A DNA stretch of 56,396 nt, filler included, from Bipalium vagum (Eukaryota), in the NCBI GenBank assembly GCA_037834085.1. It is 3 parts of 3 records of this genome, joined end to end, with 100 filler letters (N's around TTAATTAATTAA, not from the genome) between each part and the next. Parts side by side here need not be neighbours in the genome. Positions count along the whole stretch, not along the records: positions 39,353 to 56,396 come from JBBMKC010080928.1; 2 more parts are not named here. The stretch is one strand, 5' to 3'. The notes beneath the pieces were generated by a model. The model did no database searches. It saw only the letters and a list, made by a program, of their open reading frames with translations, and was not told where the DNA came from. Shown one piece after another: positions 50,701 to 56,396 of this stretch. Positions within the stretch are counted from its first letter, which is position 1. Each line of letters begins with the position of its first letter. A program made the position numbers and the translations under genes.

Positions 50701-53700
50701 ACAGATTAGTCTTATCAAATTTTTTTTAAAATATTACAAATTTATGCTTAATATTTTAAATTTGACCTACTTTGGCGCCACTAAAGTATAGGATAACCGG
50801 ATCTTGTTTCAGTTGATTATCATTTGGAAGCATAAAAGTTATCCACGAAGTTAATTTTTGATTGAGAAATATTTTTTATATTCTTTTAAAATAAATGTAC
50901 TACAGTTGAAACTAATGATTTTTTAAAATTAGTGCATTTAAACAAATAATATTACAATATATTTTTTATTAAATCAAAATTAAAAGCTTAAAATGATTGG
51001 AAAATATACTTTAGATGTACAGTGAAACCTGTTAAGTTGATCCTTTTAATTTGTTTAGTTTGTTAATATTTCCTTAAGTTAACCCTCTATATTTTGGGCA
51101 AAATGGTCAATCCCAGTGATGCCCAACATTGACAGGTTTCACTGCATTATTTTTTCTTCTAATTAATAATAGTAATTTTAATATTTTTTAAAATCTGAAC
51201 TCGCTCAAAAGTTCCAAGTTTATCTTTTTTATTTTAAAACTTATAAAATTAAAATTTATTTACCCCTCCAACTGTATTGTCTCCGATTGGATTGTTTTTC
51301 TTTAATAAAAAAATTATTCCGGTAATGTCTCTTAAGTTCTTTGTTAATTCATCGTTAAAATGCTGCTTTTCTCCCAATCCTATTGTATCATATATGTCCA
51401 GCCCACCCTAATAATACTGTTAGAGAATAAGGAAAACATAATCTCACCTCAAGAATGGGACTTTTCACAAATATTGAGCATAATTTGCAGGAAACTTCAT
51501 TTCTATTCTGCACATTTTCCAGATAGCTGTTCAATTCCTTTTTAAAATCTTCTCTTTTAATTTTAACCTCCTTTCCTTCTAAATCTATTATTTCAGCCCT
51601 CTCATCTGTGTCATATGTTAATCGGACTTGACAAGCAGTATTACTCCTTATTGATGTGGGTAACAAGTCTTCCTTAATGAGTAAATTGATAAAAGAACTT
51701 TTACCGGCTCCCGAATCTCCTGAAAATATCAAATGAAACTATCAATTATCAATTCTTTTCTGTAAAGGAAATAATAAATATATTACTTTTTAGTCTATAA
51801 AACAAAAACTTTATATTTCATTATACAAATGTCACAAAGGAACCGAACCGCAAACGTCAATAAAATTTAGACATCAAAAACGACTAATATAATTTCTTCT
51901 TTTATGTTATCTTGGCTACTGTAAATAGCAGTCTTTTTAATGACTTTTGCTGCGTAATCTTATTGATTTTGTTCTGACGTCATTGCTGATTTTTCTTCAG
52001 CTTGCGCTTCTGGACTCTCATTGTTAAAAATGCAGTGAAGGACTTTAGATTTAAAAGAACATATCTTCGTTATTAAGAATTACTGTGCAAGGACTAGCTA
52101 CAAACATGTTGAAGAAAGATTGGAAGCGAACTTCGGAACATCTGTACCGAGTAATTCGACAATGTTCAATCTTGTAGGCAAATTTAAAGTTCAAGATGGA
52201 TATTTGGAACATTTGTAAATATTTTACTAAATATACCTATTACATTTGCTGAATTTGGAATTGAACCTATATCTATAAAATCTAGGGAACACTTGAGGTT
52301 ATCATAAAAGATTCAATATTCGTCGCAAACAGAATTAACTTAGAAATAAATTTGAACAGATTTTATTTATTGGTTGTTTTAGAAGATCACTTAATATAAT
52401 TGGTATCAATTTATTTACTTTTTAACTTATACAGGGGCATCCATAAGTTACTGCACGATTTTTTTTAAAATATCTTTTTATAAAAATGAAAACGAAGACT
52501 TTATTTATTTAGATACAAAAGTTGCATAAGGAAAATAATATTTTTCTAAATGGCCTATTCTGAGTGCCTTACACTCACGTGCTCTTTGCATGGTATTTTT
52601 TATAAATTTTTCACATAATTTCGGGGAAATATCTAGGTCATCTTTCTAAATATTTTGTTTGAGGTCCATAGGAGTACTATGTAGAAAACGGTAATTACAA
52701 CACAATATTATTATAAGTCAAACTTTGTTTAGCAATGGAAATTTTGTAAAGATCGGAACAAATGATAACCTGAACAAAGGTTGTGTTGGTTTACATTCCT
52801 TTGAAAAAAATATCAGCTATTGATGCCTCATTTCTGCGGTGTGTGGCTTAGCTCCGTCGTGTTGAAAAATTAACGTTTCTGATGAGCAATACAAGAAATT
52901 TCACAATTAACCTCTCTCAGAAGATCGAGAATTTTTACAAAAGATATCGGAATTTATAGGCAGATCCGTTTCCAATAATTTAAAATGAATTAATGATAAT
53001 CATTTAAAAAAACCTTTAGAAATACTTTCTTCAGGTGAAGTTGTGCTTTCACATCTTTTAAATGTTTTGTTACCTGGAAATAATCAATGATTTTTGTTAT
53101 ATGGATTTTCATACATTCACTTCACGTAATTAATGGTTCCTTTATGTTTAAGAGTATTATTTGACAAAGTGCACTCGATTTGACTTCTGTTTTAGACTTA
53201 ATTCTTAATGAATCCAAACACCGAGCCTATTATTTGTGCCTGTCAGTTTCATGTGATTATATTGCAGTTAAATAACACAGGCGATTCTTTTAATGTCTTT
53301 CTAGGATCTGTTTCAATAATATATTTCAGCACACTGTTATCCATCGAAGATTATCGATTATAATTTAATAGTAAATAAGAGATAACATGTAAATTTTGAC
53401 ATTATAATTTTAAAATAAACATTTTTTTTCTTTTTACTTGTTATTTTTTAACTTAATTATCGATTAAAATTATTTGGCCTAATAAAATAAATAAAAGGTT
53501 TTGATGTATGAATTTTTCTTTTTAGAATTACATAAATTTCTTTATTTTAATATTACGACATATGTTAAATAATACTTTTTTATTTATTATTTAATGAGTC
53601 TATGAAAATTATTTTATTATTATATTTAATTAAAATATCACTTCAGACCGAATAATAATCTTTACAATTATGTAATATAATAAATAAAATTATAAAATTA

Positions 53701-54822
53701 TTTACCGCAAATCAGCAAAGAGCAGCTCGGTGTTTTTGTTAGTAGTTGCTTTTTGCTTCGAAATTGGTCTTGAAGATTTTCAAATTCATTATTGATTTTG
53801 GATATCAAGGGGTCGTCTTTTTCCGTGACTTCGATCTTACCGAGAATGGGAACTTTAATTTTATCAAGCTTCCGAATTTCTTCATATATTGATGATATTT
53901 GATCCATATATTTCTCTAGATGTTTCCTTCGTAACGCATCTTCTTTAAATGTTAAGTCTTTGTTTTCTTTAAACTATTTTCAAAATATTATTTTATTCAA
54001 TTGACGAAACTATTTATATTAATTTTTATTTTTTATTAATTATTTTATATTTACGAAATAATAAATGGATGAAAAAGAGGATAAATTAAATTAAATTCTT
54101 CTTTATAAAAAAATAGTAAAAACTAGTAAATAAATTATTATAAAGAAATAAGAAAGAAGGGTGTGATAAGACTATTTATATTATTTATTTCAAAATACAA
54201 CATAATATTATATAATATATTATATACTATATATAAAAATTTATTTTATATTGGGTTGTTCGGAAAGTCACTTCTCATATTTTAGTAAAAAGTCAGACCA
54301 AAAGTTTTATTAGTTATAAATATTTTAACCAATGATGTATTGTCCTTTTAATTCCAAGACCTTCTGCCATCTTCCAGGCAATTTGATGTAATAATTATAT
54401 TGATTATGATTTAAAGATAAATATAAAAAAGCGAAATGACTTTCAGAACAACCAAATATATAAATATACATTATAAGAAAATAAACTAACCTATATATAA
54501 TCAACACACTAAAAGTGTTCTGTTTTAATCTTATGATAAGAAATTTACGAGTTTTGCAGATATATTATAGTATTCCTTATTATTTTTTTAACATAATAAT
54601 TCGATAATATTTACTCACTTCTTTGGAGTAAAAGACGAAATCTGTCACTGTTGTATTTTCTTTCATCACATTCAGAATAAGTTGTTGTCGAAGATCGGTC
54701 ATGTCTTTGAACTGCGTAATTCCATAACGATTTTTATGTGACAGTAATTTCTTAGGTTCCATTGCATCGATAACGGAGATGGACAATTTCTGAGATAGAT
54801 CATCTTCTGTTTTAGAATTCAT
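41797..54822 (-). CDS. Dynamin-superfamily (BDLP/mitofusin-like Dynamin_N) large GTPase with helical stalk and truncated degenerate kinase-like tail, ~797 aa, 8 exons
   Basis: Exons 54822-54619, 53973-53706, 51719-51448, 51407-51264, 48652-48566, 48522-48308, 45327-44409 and 42081-41797 (alternative donor after 41825). All introns are GT-AG with consistent phases (0,1,0,0,0,2,0). G1 LLICG|DSGAGKSSFINLL, then LLPTSIRSNT (G2), DIYDTIG (G3) and FIINMCD (G4 position). Confidence 0.85.
42220..42553 (+). mobile_element. mariner deletion derivative (MITE-like, ~334 bp), same family as 6875-7507
   Basis: Both TIRs present (CGAGGGTGAATCAAAATTTTCCAGGA / TCCTGGAATACTTTTGATTCATCCTC). The interior is only the transposase C-terminus (PYNPDLAPLDFF..GLERWRNRVEKCYELDG). 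Confidence 0.92.
42980..43250 (-). mobile_element. Tc1-superfamily transposase C-terminal relic
   Basis: PLDCFRLSYLKKIVYRHRISSL resembles PLDFFLWGYLKxxVY. Confidence 0.5.
43855..44256. mobile_element. mariner-type MITE (~400 bp)
   Basis: Perfect 19-bp inverted repeat GTCAAGTATGAAATTTGTA at 43861-43879 and 44230-44248. The right end continues GACCCAATA. Confidence 0.75.
45600..46057 (-). mobile_element. Internally deleted mariner (~460 bp)
   Basis: TA-flanked TIRs TTAGGTTGTTAAATAAATTCCTGTGAT / ATCACGAGAAATTATGTTACAACCCAA. Minus strand WLKNFFVTKHKNFW..KLVDRLVYVVTNGGDFVTD*. Confidence 0.88.
47403..48210 (+). mobile_element. Deleted Tc1/mariner-superfamily element (DUF4817-HTH type)
   Basis: N-terminal RINIIFLMTKFESICVVKRKFKAEFGK and C-terminal KNIEDLNTKINEEI..KRVHWCISVKGSHFGQLL*. 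Degenerate TIR ending GGACACCTTGTA. Confidence 0.8.
49690..50290 (-). mobile_element. Degenerate mariner remnant
   Basis: Minus strand PTKVV*SRKTSK*MIGCF, RRTVTSNLYTIVCL..ELRKK and MLHPDNATSH. Confidence 0.75.
50525..50806. mobile_element. MITE with ~45-bp imperfect TIRs
   Basis: ATCCTATACTTTAGTG(A/G)CGC(A/C)AAAGTA(T/G)GTCAAATT inverted at both ends around an AT-rich core. Confidence 0.85.
51020..51144. mobile_element. Tiny pogo/Tigger-like MITE (125 bp)
   Basis: Perfect 13-bp TIR CAGTGAAACCTGT; TA on the left, CA on the right. Confidence 0.8.
52040..52220 (+). mobile_element. Deleted Tc1-superfamily transposase (HTH joined to C-terminus)
   Basis: KEHIFVIKNY..FGTSVPSNSTMFNLVGKFK runs directly into DGYLEHL* (cf. 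GGHFEHL*). Confidence 0.6.
52430..53340 (-). mobile_element. Degenerate Tc1-superfamily element
   Basis: TA-CAGGGGCATCCATAAGTTACTG terminus. Minus strand LIFQHDGAKPH and QRARECKALRIGHLEK. Confidence 0.7.
54251..54456 (-). mobile_element. mariner MITE (206 bp) in intron 1 of the GTPase gene
   Basis: TA TSD; TIR TT(G/T)GGTTGTTC(G/T)GAAAGTCA; interior IKLPGRWQKVLELKGQYII. Confidence 0.9.
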
Positions 54823-56199
54823 TTTCAAAAAAACGAACTGATCTGAACCACAATACGTAAAATTTCACTTAAAATTTTTAATTCTATTACAAAATTTCAG
54901 TTTCGTTCAAAGGTCAACATTTCATAAAAATAAATTGATGATTTTATGAATCGTCGTTGATAATGAAATTCTGAAAGTATTCCATTGGAGAATTACGTTA
55001 ATTTAATAACATTCCGGATCAAATTAATTAATTAATTAATGAAATCCACCATTTCGTTTTATTCAGACATTTCTCAAGATTGGCGAAAAGACAATTATTA
55101 TAATATTTCGTATGTGATTTAAATGACTTTTATATAGAGCGGGGGGAAATTCTTTCAGTATTTTATAAAAAGATTGAAATTGAATACAAAATTGAAAACC
55201 ACAAATATAAACGGTCTTATTGTATACTAGGAGTTCATAATAAATTGAGCTCCAATTCTGTCAAACATAACATCATTTCGTTTCATGTCAATCCCTGTTA
55301 TTTTAGAGTATTGGGAACTTACCCTGGCACTGAACGTTCTAATTTAAACATTGTTGACAGAGGTAACTCTTTTTTCGTCAACCACTCTGATCAGTTGTAG
55401 CACCAATGGCATTACTTGTTGTTGGATCAAACACACAAGTTTCTTTTTAAATTCAGAAATCAAATTGGAAATCAAATCAAACTTTCTCAGTTAGTCCTGT
55501 GAAGCATATTGGGAAAAAGTAGGGATTGCAGAGAGGAAACCTTTATTTAATTATCGACATGTCAAGAATAACTTAAAGAGGTACTGAGACTATGGCAAGT
55601 TGTATTCTTCTTTTTAAAATGACATTTGAAATGTTGAGTGAAAAAGAAAAACAGAACATGTTTGCAAATCACAAGGATCCAGATATAATTTGATATAGTT
55701 ATACCACGAAAACTGTGAAGTTTGATGATTTAAGAAACATGACATCAGACTTTTCAAAAGGTGTCGGTCTGATAAATTATCTGGCCCATCAGGATGTGTT
55801 TTAAAAAAATTTCCGTTAATATATAAGGCACGAAATACATTTCATCAGGATGGAGCTGCATACCATAAATCAATATTGATGTCTTCATATTTGGACAAGT
55901 CAAGATTTAATATATTCAGTGAATAATGGGTTTAATCTACTTATTTTAATATAATTGACCTATTGTGGATAAACTATAATGAAAATTAGAATATTCTTTT
56001 TCAAATGATATAAGTTCTTGTTAAAAGAGATTAAAATCTTTTATATCAAGCTGTTTTGCGAAAACCAAGGCTTTAGATTTTTAGAACCTCTCCACTCATT
56101 GTTATATGATGGTGGATTGAAAAATTCGGTGAATAATAAATACACGGTGCCATATTTAAAAATTACATGAATTATATGAATTATAAGTGTCATTTTTAA

Positions 56200-56396
56200 A
56201 CAGTTTTAGAAAAATACAGAAAGATATACAGCAATGCTGAATGAACAAATTCTTAATTTTCTTCTTGATGATAATGGAGTTCAGATATTCCATAAAGATA
56301 ATGCTCCCATCCATAAATCGATCCATAGCCGAAAATGGTTTCATGAACATGGTATAAATGTTATGGAATGGCCTCCTTACAGCCCAGATATGAACC
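56200..56396 (+). mobile_element. Tc1 transposase catalytic fragment running off the window end
   Basis: RYTAMLNEQIL..IFHKDNAPIHKS..KWFHEHGINVMEWPPYSPDMN. Confidence 0.9.

Noticed and set aside
51388-51732. P-loop ORF as bacterial contamination or recent horizontal transfer
   Set aside because: Spliceosomal introns interrupt the G1 motif and the rest of the domain, and base composition matches the host.

Overview
Very AT-rich eukaryotic genomic DNA with many 40-58 nt introns. The gene content suggests a freshwater planarian (inference). Four spliced protein-coding genes can be rebuilt by hand from GT-AG sites with matching phases. (1) An orphan 3-exon Ser/Asn-rich gene (8387-9878, +). (2) A vasa/DDX4 DEAD-box helicase with three 5' micro-exons (18481-21358, +). 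(3) A C2H2 zinc-finger factor resembling the flatworm zfp-1 family (34540-29499, -), convergent with vasa. (4) An 8-exon dynamin-superfamily GTPase of the BDLP/mitofusin-like class that ends in a degenerate, truncated kinase-like N-lobe (54822-41797, -). The rest is mostly decayed transposons: many mariner/Tc1 relics and MITEs, two Gypsy integrase relics, and Maverick/Polinton fragments (pPolB, integrase, probable capsid genes). Two degenerate ORFs of an unidentified family flank vasa and look distantly homologous to each other. There are three assembly gaps, two of them artificial 44N-TTAATTAATTAA-44N linkers. No tRNA, rRNA or CRISPR array was seen. All calls were made by eye, without database searches.
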